From the human T2T-CHM13v2.0 reference genome, Homo sapiens, in the NCBI RefSeq assembly GCF_009914755.1, contig NC_060942.1: a DNA stretch of 64,000 nucleotides; one strand, 5' to 3'. Position 1 is the first letter of the stretch; every line of letters starts with the position of its first letter. This document shows, one piece after another, positions 44,901-57,792 of this stretch. Made by a program: the position numbers and the translations under genes. The notes below the pieces were generated by a model, which was given only the letters and a program-made list of their open reading frames with translations, had not been told where the DNA came from and did not search any database.

Positions 44901-45263
44901 CCGTGGAAAGAGAGGGAGAGGGAGACCGTGGGGAGAGGGAGAGAAAGAGGAGGAGAGAGGAGAGAGGAGAGAGGAGAGAGCTCTTTAGTTTAATCAGGTC
45001 CCACTTGTCAATTTTTGTTTTTATAGAAATTGCCTTTGGGAACTTGGCCAAAAATTATGCCAAGACTGATGTCAGGAAGGATATTTCCTACATTTTCTTC
45101 TAGCATTTTTATAGTTTGAGGTCTTACATTTAAATCTTTAATCCATCTTGAGTTAATTTTTGTATGTGGTGAAAGGTAAGGGTCTAGTTTCATTCTTCTG
45201 CATATGGCTGGCCAGTTATCCCAGCACCATTTATTGAATAGGGAGTCTTTTACCCATTGCTTG
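41950..45263 (-). mobile_element. Old L1PA/L1PB (PA13-16-like) 3' portion, split by the SVA
   Basis: 3' UTR at 41950; ORF2 peptides ([15 protein letters not shown]; [21 protein letters not shown]) are collinear across the SVA. Confidence 0.9.
43151..44978 (-). mobile_element. Full-length SVA retrotransposon (SVA_D-like), antisense to ARHGAP28
   Basis: Poly-A 43151-43174, SINE-R ~43175-43680, GC-rich VNTR ~43690-44530, Alu-like domain ~44530-44890, CT-rich 5' repeat 44890-44978; TSD AGCTCTTTAGTTT at 42934-42946 and 44979-44991. Confidence 0.97.
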
Positions 45264-46379
45264 TGAAACTAAACAGAAGATGGAAGAGTGGGGAATAAGC
45301 ACCAATAAACAGTGTAATTGTCCTTAGTTCTCAAAAAGAGCAAAACTACTCATAGTGGATTAAAAGCATAGGTCAGTCATCTCTTCCAGGCCCTGTCTGT
45401 CAACAAGCAAATATGTAAGACATCCAAAAAAGACTAAAGGTAGTTTAGTAAGTATACACCTAAGAGTGTTTCCATTAGCCAGTGATTAACTTCAAGACAG
45501 TGGGCAGGATAAACTGAAACTTTAGAAAGTATTTTCATTCTTCATTCCCATTTCTGAGTCTCTTTCTCAGGACTAAGAAATCATTAAGATGTACCACAAT
45601 TAACATACATCTGATATTATTTGAAATAAAACGCCCCACCACACATGTAACGAGAATCCATTCAAGGGAACCATCCTCCATCAGTGAAATGTATTCTTAC
45701 TCCTATTACTTGCTTGCTTAGATTTTGCCTTTTCAGATCCAGAAAGACAGGAAGACACATAAAGGAAAATCCCTATCATCCCTTACCCCCTTTTTCTTAC
45801 TATCTATCTATCCAGCTAGCTAGCTATTCATATTAAACACCACAAGTTCACAATAACCTCCAATTTCAGTCCAGCTCCACAGGGCTTGTTGCTGTCTTCC
45901 CTTTTTCTGTGTTTGTAACTCTCTTCTCCAATAGTGATAAACCTGGCTCCCACTCTGTACTTTATATTTACTCATTTGCTCAAACCTAGAATACACAGGA
46001 AATATTTTCAGGTTTGCTAACCTAACTGCTACAAAAGCAGACCTACTAATTACAGTTTGTTATTTATTTGCAGATTTTTTTTCCTTGAAGCATTTGCACA
46101 GATCTTAAACATACAATTCAATGAGCTTTGACAAACGCATGCACTCTTATAATCTCACACTGATCAAGATAGATAACATTTCAGTCAACCCAGAAAATTT
46201 CCTCATGCTTTTTCCCAGTCTCATGCCTCCCAATGACTTGCCAACCCTGGCCAGAGACAACCATGGCTCCCATGTTTTTGCATCATTAATTATTTTGGGG
46301 TTCGGCTTCTTTCACTGAGCATAGTTTTGAGATTCTAGTGGGATATCAATCGTTTATTTCTTTTTACTATTAAGTAGTT

Positions 46380-47370
46380 TGTTTCAGTTTACTAGGGCTG
46401 CTGTAACAAAGTACCACAAAACTAGTGGCTTAAAACAGCAGGACTAGCAGCCCAGCATTAAGGTGTCAAGCTGGGCCATGCTCTCCTGGAACCTTCTAGG
46501 GGAGAATGCGTTCCATGTCTGTCTCTTACCTTCTGGTGTTGCTGGCAATCCTTGGTGTTCCTTGGCTGTTGACACCACATTGTGCCATTTTCTGTCTCCA
46601 TAGTCCATAGCATTCTCCCTATTTTTGTCTGTGTTTCTTCTCTTCTTCTTATAAAGATACCAGTTATGTTGGATTAAGGGCCCACCCTACTCCAGTATGA
46701 CCTCATCTCAATTTTTTTCACTTCATTTATCATTTATTTGTGTTAGGAACATTCCAATTCCACTCTATTAGTTATTATAAAATATGCCATAGATTATTGT
46801 TAACTATAGTCACCGTACTGTGCTACCAAATTCTGGATTTTATTCACTCTTTCTTTTTTTTTCTTTACAATGTTATAATGTGAATGCTATTCTTTTTTTA
46901 TTATTATTATACTTTAAGTTCTGGGGTACACGTGCAGAACGTGCAATTTTGTTACACAGATATACACGTGCCATGGTGTTTTGCTGCACCCATCGACCCT
47001 TCACCTACATTTCTCCTAAGACTATCCCTCCCTTAGCCCCCCAGCCCCTGACAGGCCCTGGTGTGTGATGTTCCCCTCCCTGTGTCCATGTATTCTCATT
47101 GTTCAACTCCCACTTATGAGTGAGAACATGTGACGTTTGGTTTTCTGTTCTTGTGTTAGTTTGCTGAGAAAAATGGTTTCCAACTTCATCCATGTCCCTG
47201 CAAAGGACATGAACTCATCCTTTTATGGCTGCATAGTATTCCAGCCTCATCTCAATTTACATCTTAATTGTGTCTGCAAAAGCTTTGTTTCCAAATAAGG
47301 TTATATTCATAGATACCAGGATTTAAGACTTCAACATACGTTTTTGGGGAACATAACTCAACCCATAACA
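46380..47370 (-). mobile_element. MLT1B/C MaLR solo LTR interrupted by an L1 insertion
   Basis: ctagggctgctgtaacaaagtaccacaaa...ggattaagggcccaccctactccagtatgacctcatct...caacccataaca. Confidence 0.85.
46893..47244 (-). mobile_element. 5'-truncated L1PA (PA7/8-like) 3' end carrying a 3' transduction (46715-46892)
   Basis: tatactttaagttctggggtacacgtgcagaacgtgc...gcatagtattcca; TSD CCTCATCTCAATTT at 46701-46714 and 47245-47258. Confidence 0.9.
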
Positions 47371-50300
47371 GTAATATTCCATTTTATGAATATGCCACAA
47401 TTTGTTTATCCATCTACTTTTAATTTGAGCCTTGTTTACAATTTTGCTTACAATGAATAATGCTGTTATGAGCAATCTTGTGAAAGTCTTTTTGTGTAGA
47501 TATGTTTTTATTTCTCTTGGATGTATGTATTTTTCATAGAATGTTTAACTACATAAGAAACTGTGAAACTGCCAGCATTTTTCCAAGTAGTTGTACTATT
47601 TTACACTCCTTCCAGCAGTGTATGACAGACAGTTCCATTTCCACATCATTGCAACACTTGATGCTTTCAGTCTCCATCATATGAGTGATTCTAGTGGATA
47701 TGTGGGGTATCTCATTATGGTTGTAATTACATTTCGCTGATGACTAATGATGTTGAACTTTTTTCTTGTGCTTATTGTCTTTTCATGCATCTTGCTTTGT
47801 GAAAACTCTTGACTATTTTTTAAAACTTTTTATTACTGACTTTTTATTAAAACTTTCTATTACTGTATATTCTTGATACAAGTCCTTTGTCAGATATATG
47901 TATTGCAGATATTTTCTCACTGCTTGTGACTTGTCCATTCATATTCTTAATGAGATCTTTTAATTGGGTTTGCCTCTGTCTTTTCAGTTGTTTGTTGCTG
48001 GCATATAGAAATACAGTTCATTTTTGTATCTTGATGTTTTTTTTTTTTTTCTTTTTTTTTTTTTATTATACTCTAAGTTTTAGGGTACATGTGCACATTG
48101 TGCAGGTTAGTTACATATGTATACATGTGCCATGCTGGTTGTATCTTGATGTTATATACTATTAGCTTCCTAAAATGATTTTCTAGTGGTTGTCTACTAG
48201 ATTTCTTAGGATTATCTACATAAGCAAACAGGTCATCTATGAATAGAGACAGTTTTCCTTTCTGATATTTTGTGCTTTTATTTTTTATCTTGCCTTATTG
48301 TACTGGCTAGGGCCTCTAGTACAAGTTAAATAGAAGTGGTGACAGCACTTACATATCCTTGTCATGTTCCCAGTTTTACAGGGAACGGGTTCAGTACTCA
48401 CCATTAAACATGATGGTAATTGTAAACTTTCTGTAAATGCTCTTTACCAGATGTCTTTCTATTACTAGTTTTTCTGGCAGTAATGTGAATGGGTGTTGAA
48501 TTATATAATGTGCTTTTCTAGTATGTTGGTTCTTTGAAAACAAATTAGTAAAATCTACATCTCCTTTTGTTTATGTTTTTGTGTTTAATTTGCTTTTTTC
48601 CTGGGTTCTTAAGATGGAAACCTAGACCATTAATTTTAAATCTTTCATCTTTTTGAATATGTACAGTTCTTTATAAGCATTGCTATCACTCCATCCCACA
48701 AATTTTGATATATCTTCATTATTATTCAGTTTTAAATGTTTTCTCAATTTCTTTGTGTATTTTTTAATTTACAAATTTTTGGGTTTTTTTCTAGACATGT
48801 TGTTATTGATTTCTAAGTAAATTGTGTTATGTAACATAGTTTATATGTTTCAGTTTTGAAATTTAGACTTATTTTATGGCTCAGAATATTGTCTGTCTTG
48901 GTCAAGGTTCCATGTGCACTTAAAAAGAATGTGTTTTACTTGTTGGTTAGTGTGGTGTTCTGTAAATGCTCATTAGATTAAGGTGGTGGTAACTTTAATC
49001 ACATTTATTATGTTCTTACTAATCTTTGATTGATTTAACAAGTACTGAGAGAAGTTGTTAAAATCTCTAACTTTTATTGTGTATTTGTCTATTTTTTCCT
49101 TTTGTTCTGTCAGTTTTTGTTGCTTATAATTTGAAACTATGTTATTGGGTGCATATACATTTATGATTGTTACTCCTTGTTGAATTGACTCATTTTATCA
49201 TTATAAATGAGCTTCCTCAATACTCTTAGTAATATTCCCTGTCTTGAAGTCTGCTTCGTCTAATAATATATAGTCATTCTGGCTTTCTTAGGGTTATAGG
49301 GTTATTGTTTGCAAGATATATCTTATTTCATCCATTTACTCTCTACCTATCTGTCTGTGTTTTTCTTCACAATTTCTTCATAGTTTCTATGCTTACATTT
49401 CAGCTATATTGCTTTAATTGGTGGTGTTGCTGTTCAGGCATTTTAATATTCATCCATAACTTATCATAGTCTACTTAGATAAATACTATGCTTCATTCAC
49501 TATATCAAATATAAGAATCTTGCAGCAGTAGAATTTCATTCTTCTTCATGCCCAGTGGTTTATACTATTGTTTTATGTATAACATCTGCATATGTTGTAC
49601 ATACATCAATGCAATGTTGTCATTTTTGCTTTAAGTTGTCATATGTACTTATATTCTTTTAATTTTGAAATAATTCCAAACATATAGGGAAGTCACAAGT
49701 ACAGTTTTAAAGACAGTTTCAGGGACCATTTGAGAGTAACTTGCCATCCTGATGCTCTATCACTCCCAAGTACTTTAGGTATTATATGTATATATACATA
49801 CACACTTATATAGAGAGAAAGCCATTCGCTGTATAATCACAACATACTATTAAAATTAATAATTATTTTTATTATATTACTATCATCCAGTCCTCAGACT
49901 GCTATCGTTTCTAGATTACCTTTTATGACAAAAAAAGAAACCCTCCAGTTTAGAATCACTTGTTATATTTAATTGAAAAACGTGTTTCTCTTTCTTCTCT
50001 CTCTCTCTTTCTCTCTCTCTCTCCCCTTTACAGTCTGGAACAGTTTCTTAGCCTTTCTTTGAATTTTATGACCTTGACACTTGAAAATTGCAGGTAATTT
50101 TATAGATGCTCCTCTACATCAGACAAGTTGGGTTTGTCTGATGTTTCCCAATGACTTAGACTCAGGTTATACATCTTTGGCAAGTTGTGATGTTGTGTTC
50201 TTCTCATGGCATCCTGTCAGGTGGCTCATAATTTTAATTTGTTCTGTCACTGATGATGTCCACTTCAATCACTTACTTAAGGTGATATATACATGCAAGG

Positions 50301-50490
50301 TTTCTCCAGTGTGAACTTAGTCATTTCATTTTTGTAATTACTGTTATCTTGGGAGGTACCTTCAAACTGTATAAACATCCCACTCTACACCAAGTTATTT
50401 CTTTATATCAGAATGGACTCCTGGTTTATTTAGTGGGTTTATGTTTTACTGTCATTTATTTTGATGTTCAGATTGCCCCACATTTTATCT
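47371..50490 (-). mobile_element. Ancient L1M fragments (L1MC/MD/ME-like)
   Basis: Diverged L1-antisense motifs; boundaries approximate. Confidence 0.6.
48039..48139 (-). mobile_element. Extremely 5'-truncated L1HS-type insertion (~75 bp plus poly-A)
   Basis: Minus strand ...GCACAATGTGCACATGTACCCTAAAACTTAGAGTATAATAAAA; perfect TSD TGTATCTTGATGTT at 48025-48038 and 48140-48153. Confidence 0.88.
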
Positions 50491-50739
50491 GGGAGTCAGT
50501 TAGGGAATATATATGGAGACTCTAAGCATCCCATTTAAAAACAACTGCTGAAAGCTGTTTTTAACTAACCAAGATTACAGATGTTGCATAGAGCAGGGCA
50601 AGCAGTGGAGGTTATGAGTCCAGTCAAGTTAACTGTGGGAACTAAAATGAACTCCCTTTAGAGCAGGATAAGGAATACAGCCTCTCTAATAGAGCACTCT
50701 GGAAGGTGTTGGTGTTAGAGTGATTAAAAAAAAAAGCAG

Positions 50740-51620
50740 AATTTTTTTTCTCTCAAGGAGATGATAATCTAGTAGAAGAGAAAGTAATTAATGAAATAAT
50801 ATAAATATATTTGGAGGAGAAAATTACTTGAAGGAAGAAGAAACAGCAGTGTTAGGATTGATAGCAATAGGACATGACCTTATCTTGATGAGTTCAGGGA
50901 AAAAGAGGCTTTCCTGAGAAAAAGATGTAGAAACTGAGATCTGAAAGATGGGTGGCCAGTAATTATGAGGTCAAGTAGAAGGACTGACATGTCCAAAGAC
51001 CTTGTGACAAAATAGAATGTTGAGTTTTTGAGGAATCCAAAGTAGGCCAGTATTGCCAGAGAACAGGAGAGGAGGAGAGTATGGTATAAGCATGTCCAGA
51101 AATGTAAGCCGTTTCACACTGTAGAATTATTTTTGTTTTCATTTGAAAGGGCTCATTTAGTTATAATATGGATAATAGATTAGAAGGGGATCAAGAATGG
51201 CATAGGAGGAACTGTCGCGAGTCTATCACAGCAATCCACAAGAGAGAGGATGTAGCTCTGACCAGGGTCACGGCAGAAGAGATAAAGGAAGGTGGACCTT
51301 TTGAGTAGTAATAACGAGGCAATATGAAAAGGCCTTGGGGGTGTGTTGGAGTTGATGTGTGAAAGAGAGGGAGATGTCAAGAATGCCTCCTGGTTATTCT
51401 CTTGCCTAATTACATTGGATGGTGGGTTTCGTGTGTTGAAATACGGAATCCTGAAAGAGGCCTAGAATTGGGAGTGAGAAATACGAGTTCAGGTTTGAAC
51501 ACAGTGAATATGACATATGAATGACAGAGCCAAGTGGATATTGAATAGGCAGTCAGATATATGGAACTGAAATTCAAAGGAGTTCTCTGTGTTGAAGTTA
51601 TGTATTTGACAACTAGAGTG
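50740..51620 (-). mobile_element. L2 fragment
   Basis: L2-like motifs (gaggctttcctgag...ctgagatctgaaagatg; gagtggatattgaataggcag-type). Confidence 0.65.
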
Positions 51621-52477
51621 AGCAGCCAACAGGAGTAATACTGGTATCTGCCCTGAACATTTCTTACCTATGGAAAACATACATCCTACTTAGGCTGCAG
51701 TTTAAGGACTTAGACCATCCTCACCTCTGATTTATGTCAACTCCAGTCCTACCAAGTACTCTTTCCTCCCACTCTTTCATTACTCCTTACATAGGTGGAG
51801 GGGAAAAACAACTTTTTAAAATTTTAATATTAACATATTAAATATTAAATTGTAAATTTTGTCTTCAGAAATTAAAAGCTTATCCATAGCTTAAGGAAGA
51901 GCTCCATGTCATAACTCTTAACTTAAAGGGCTTACTACTTAGATTACGGCTGCCAATCATCAATTCACTTTTCATTTTTTTCTTAAAGGGACAGCTTACA
52001 AAGCAAATGAACAATTAAGATAGCAAATTAAATATTTGCCTAGCTAAGAAACTGGGCCTGTAATACACATCAAAGGCTTTGTTTATACACCAGTGATGCA
52101 ATAATGTAAGCAGAATCCAGTACTAGACTAATGCTTTGGCATGCTGTTTACAAATTAGTCTAATCTGCTCTTTAAACAACCCTCACTTGGGTAATGCCTC
52201 CTTAGCATAGTTCCCAGAAACATATGTGTAGTAGATTTTCTGTTACAGGACACTGTTATTCTGATTTCCTTATATTTCTATATATTGAGGAATTTTAGGT
52301 TTTTGAATTTTCTTCTGAAAAAAAGAGATTAACATTCAGAATAAGGAGAAAGGTGGGAGAATGAACATCAATTGAATACCGACTTTCTTCCAGATTCTTT
52401 GCTACCTGTCATAAATACATTGATTTAAAAAAAAATCCTCATAGGCACCTAATCCTTTTGTTATTATTACTCTCACT

Positions 52478-53295
52478 GTTGTATTTTTCTCTAATTTGGT
52501 CTTGAGGTCTCTCTCGGGTGAGCAGCTATAAACTAACCCTGCTCTGATGGAGCTACAGGGGATTTGGTCACTGATGTTTGCCTTTCACAGGATACCTCTT
52601 TATCCTGGTGGGTGGCCTAAAACCTTCATGTTCAACCCATGACTGGGTGTCCCTCTTACAGGAAACTCGTTTGTACTGGCAGATGCTATAAGAAGAGAGC
52701 CCTGACTGGAAATAAGCTAGGTTCAGGTGTGTTGGCCAGGTGAGACACAGAGGAGGCAACTCAGCAAAACACATGAAATAAGAGAAAGAACAGATCCCAG
52801 GGAGAAGATGGCAGCTCGTCTCTCAGGGCCAATGGGAAGGGGCAGCCATCCGGGACACTTGCAATCAACAAGCAGGCAGGGAACAGGAAAGAGTGAGAGT
52901 GAGTGAGGGACCTGGGGACCAGAGCCTCAATTAGGATCCAAGCATTACCCAAGCAGGTTTCCCACCAGGAGTCCTAATTGGTGGGTTTAGAGCAAGCAGG
53001 GAGTCGCTCTGTGACTGAGATGTGGTCACTGCACCTTATCTGTGCAGTTCATGTAGTGGGTGTGGGTTGGTGGGATGAGTCAGGCAGGTTGTATCCAGCT
53101 GTCTCATAGGAAGTCACCACCAAGAGGTGATTGTATAAGGCAGATACCTGGATCTGCTATATGGAGGAATTGGGAGGAGTTGGACACCTGGAAACCACAT
53201 CAAGAGTGACTAAGCCCTGCTTCTGGTATGAGAAAGTTAAGCCCATATTCAAAAGGGATGCCAAGACAACATAAAACTATAGAGGTTCACTATAC
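52478..53295. mobile_element. Old ERV LTR fragments (MER31/MER67-like, followed by a second LTR)
   Basis: ttggtcttgaggtctctc...gtgtccctcttacaggaaactcgtttgtactggcagatgc; family uncertain. Confidence 0.45.
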
Positions 53296-53760
53296 TTATT
53301 TTGCTGAGAGGACACTGAGGCCTCGAGATATCGTTAAGACTTAGGAATCAGGCAGCTGGTGAATGGTGGCCCTGGCATTTGAACCTCCATGTGAGTGATT
53401 GAAAAACCAATTTGTATTCCATTAAGTAATGGGTTTTTTCTATTATAGTTTTACTTTAAATATTCATGTTTTATCACTTTTTGAAATTAGTAGGACAGAT
53501 ATGGCTCATGTTTAACTCTCTAGCAGGAAAATTTACCTTACCAAGTCTGCCAATTACCTTACTCTATTAGAAAATACTTTAAAATTTGACTTATTTTAAA
53601 AATACAGTGCAGACTTTCATTCATTCTTGTAGTTCTTTCCCATAATTACTGTAGAAAAAAAATACAAATATTATTTACCAATACTTCTTGTCTGATATTC
53701 ACATGGCATCCAATCATACAGAAAATATTCTAACCCTCTCTTGGTAATGTTCTTTCACAG

Positions 53761-53978
53761 AAGGAGAACTTGAAGCAGAATGGCTGCAAGATGTGGGTTT
53801 ATCAACTCTGATCTCAGGTGATGAAGAGGAAGATGGCAAAGCCTTGCTCTCCACATTGACTCGAACCCAAGCAGCTGCCGTGCAAAAGAGATACCATACC
53901 TATACCCAAACCATGAGGAAAAAGGATAAGCAATCTATCAGGGATGTCAGAGACATTTTTGGAGTCAGTGAATCTCCT
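53761..53978 (+). CDS. ARHGAP28: Rho GTPase-activating protein 28, internal coding exon (probably exon 3; 218 nt)
   Basis: Branch-like ctaac at ~53730-53734, acceptor ttctttcacag ends at 53760, donor CCT|gtaagt at 53979. Translates EGELEAEWLQDVGLSTLISGDEEEDGKALLSTLTRTQAAAVQKRYHTYTQTMRKKDKQSIRDVRDIFGVSESP. The phase-1 junction G|AA rebuilds Glu. Confidence 0.95.
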
Positions 53979-54023
53979 GTAAGTAATGGCTCAAACATGG
54001 CTCAAAAGGCGCCTAGTTTGACT

Positions 54024-54049
54024 GGGGATGGGGTAGGGTGGGGCTGGGG
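54024..54049 (+). promoter_or_regulatory. Intronic G-run cluster / potential G-quadruplex, 45 nt after the exon donor
   Basis: GGGGATGGGGTAGGGTGGGGCTGGGG (five G tracts, 1-2 nt loops). Confidence 0.6.
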
Positions 54050-55072
54050 TGGAAAAAATATCAGAAATGTCTGCTTGGGTGGTTCCATTCTAACTTTTTG
54101 AGAAAACTAAAGCAGACAGCACAGTGCAAATTTTTACAAGTTTGAACTTAAGTGATCATTTCTTATCTCCTGTACTGCAATCTCCCTCAATACTAAACTT
54201 ATTCCCTTTGTTGAAATCAGAGAGTGACTTCTTTGGCAGTGGAACAAGTCTTTGTGGGTAGGATCCGGGGACCCTTTACTTAAATTTAAGCACTGAATGG
54301 AAACTCTGTGGTCGGGCAAAGGAGTCCTAGGGAAGTAAGCAAGACCAGGTGGTTTGGTTGAATGGGGGGTGGGGATGAGAGATTGGGTAGGGTAGCCTTT
54401 ATGTTCAGATAAATTAAAATGGTCAAAAAATGGAAGATACCAGCATTAATTAAGTGGGCAAGAGAATGATTCAGAAAAGCATAAGGGAAACATCCCATGT
54501 TTTATGATAAACGGCTGGTTGAAGTTCTAGCTTACCCTTAGCAATTTCATGTCCACAATTTTACATCTAAGGCTATTACTCATGTTTTCCTATGTCTACA
54601 TTTGTTTTACTGCTAGCTCTGTCTTATAGCTTACTTGTTCATTTATTCATTGCACAATTGCAATGTTACATTACAATAATTGCATCACAGATGCGACAGA
54701 TGCATTATCTGCGCAAGATCCTAGGTTAGGTTCTATGCAGATGGGATTCTTGAAACATTTGGGATAACTAGTATATAGAAAAAAGGAAATTTGATGGTCA
54801 GCTGCAATTAGAGATAAGTTACCTGGGCAAGCTAGTTAATCATTCTGATTTAGGCTTCTTGTCTGATTAATTATAGTATCAATAATGGCATACATTAAAA
54901 CTTCAGGGGTATTGAGTAGAAATCATGGTTGAAGACAGTCTCCAATTTGAATTACTTAAGGTTGTCTGTAAGTCATATCTTCTTTTAGTTAAAGTAGTCA
55001 CATTGGGTAGTTGCCAAGGCGGCTCATATAGGCCCAGTTAACCTTTGCATTTGTGCTAACAGTGTCCTAGAA

Positions 55073-55270
55073 TAGCACTGTCCTTTAGAACTTTCTATAG
55101 TGATGGAAATAGTCTACTTCTGTCCAGTATGGTAGCTCCAGATACATATGACTACCAACACTTTAAATGTGGCTAGTGTGAGAAGTTGAATTTTTAATTT
55201 TTCTTAATCTTAATAGATTTAAATATGAACAGTCACATGTAGCTTGTAGCTTATGTATTGAATAACATAG
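55073..55270. mobile_element. MER3 hAT DNA transposon
   Basis: agcactgtcc..tagaactttctatagtgatggaaat...aaatgtggctagtg; flanking 8-mers TCCTAGAA / TTCTAGAA. Confidence 0.8.
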
Positions 55271-55339
55271 TTCTAGAATCTTCTGCCATATATAATGATA
55301 TAACTTATGGTAAGTGCATTTTGAGTTCTGAGCTATTTG

Positions 55340-56764
<1,425 letters not shown>

Positions 56765-57679
56765 TTCCCTGGGTTATTTTTCAGTTGTGTCCGGGATCAT
56801 CTTGAGAGGGTCCTAAAATCTTTGCATCCATGCTGCCTTTCTCACTTCTATTTCCAGATGCTTCAGACTTTGAATTTTGCTTTTCTCTAGGAAACTGCAT
56901 TTCTAGGCTTTTCCCAAATCCTCCATTTACTCAGTGCATTACTAGAGAATGCATAACTGTTCTCTTCAGATTTCCTAAGACTTTGGACTTCTAGTAATGT
57001 AAAAACAGCAAGGTAAAGGGTATTTTTTGTGCACCTTCTTCTTTCATTTAGACCACGAAGGGAAAGATATAGTGCTCAGTTCCTCAAAATGAAATTTCTT
57101 TTGCTTCACTGAGACAGGCAAATGGAATAAACTGGTGTCTAACTCCTGGAAAGACCAAAAGAGGGCCTAACAGGGTGCATTTGTGGTGAGGAGTGAGGAA
57201 TGGCCCAGGGTTCTTCCTTCCGTCTGCCTTCCTCTCTTTCCTCCCAGTCCTGCTGCTGAAGTCTCAGTTCTAGAGAGAATTGAGAATGGGGACTAAGGAA
57301 GTGGGTGGGCACAGGAGAAAGAAAGACCATGTATTCTAGGGAGTTAAAAGGGCTTGTGCTGTCTTGGAAAATAGCGCAGTCAGTGAAATGAAATCAGTGT
57401 AAGTTTGGCATTGTATAAGCTGCTTAGAAAATTCAGATTGTTCCTTGTCAGAGATGTAAAAAGCTATATAAACCTCACTTTTGAAAAAATATTTACAATA
57501 TATAAGGCCTAAGAAACATCTTCACAGATGTTGTTTCCTAAAAAATTCGGCATCTGTTTTTGCAAGAAATTTGGAAGCTTCTAGAGAATGTACCTGAACT
57601 TTTTCAGTTTTCTATTTGAATTTGACAACATAAACACCAATTCCTCTGTTCCTCCTCCTGTCCTGTGTCTCTGGGGTCC

Positions 57680-57733
57680 TTCTCTTCTCTCTCTCTCTCC
57701 TCTCTCACTGTCTCTCTCCTCTTTCTCTCTCTC

Positions 57734-57769
<36 letters not shown>

Positions 57770-57792
57770 CTCTCCTCTCTCTCTCTCTCCCC
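57680..57792. repeat. Imperfect (CT)n polypyrimidine tract
   Basis: ~110 bp almost entirely C/T. Confidence 0.95.

Noticed and set aside
43180-45103. Long overlapping ORFs (up to 275 aa) on both strands
   Set aside because: They come from the GC-rich, stop-poor SVA VNTR and Alu-like domains; SVA is non-coding.
53979-54101. ORF-track extension of the second exon
   Set aside because: Intronic read-through after the gtaagt donor.
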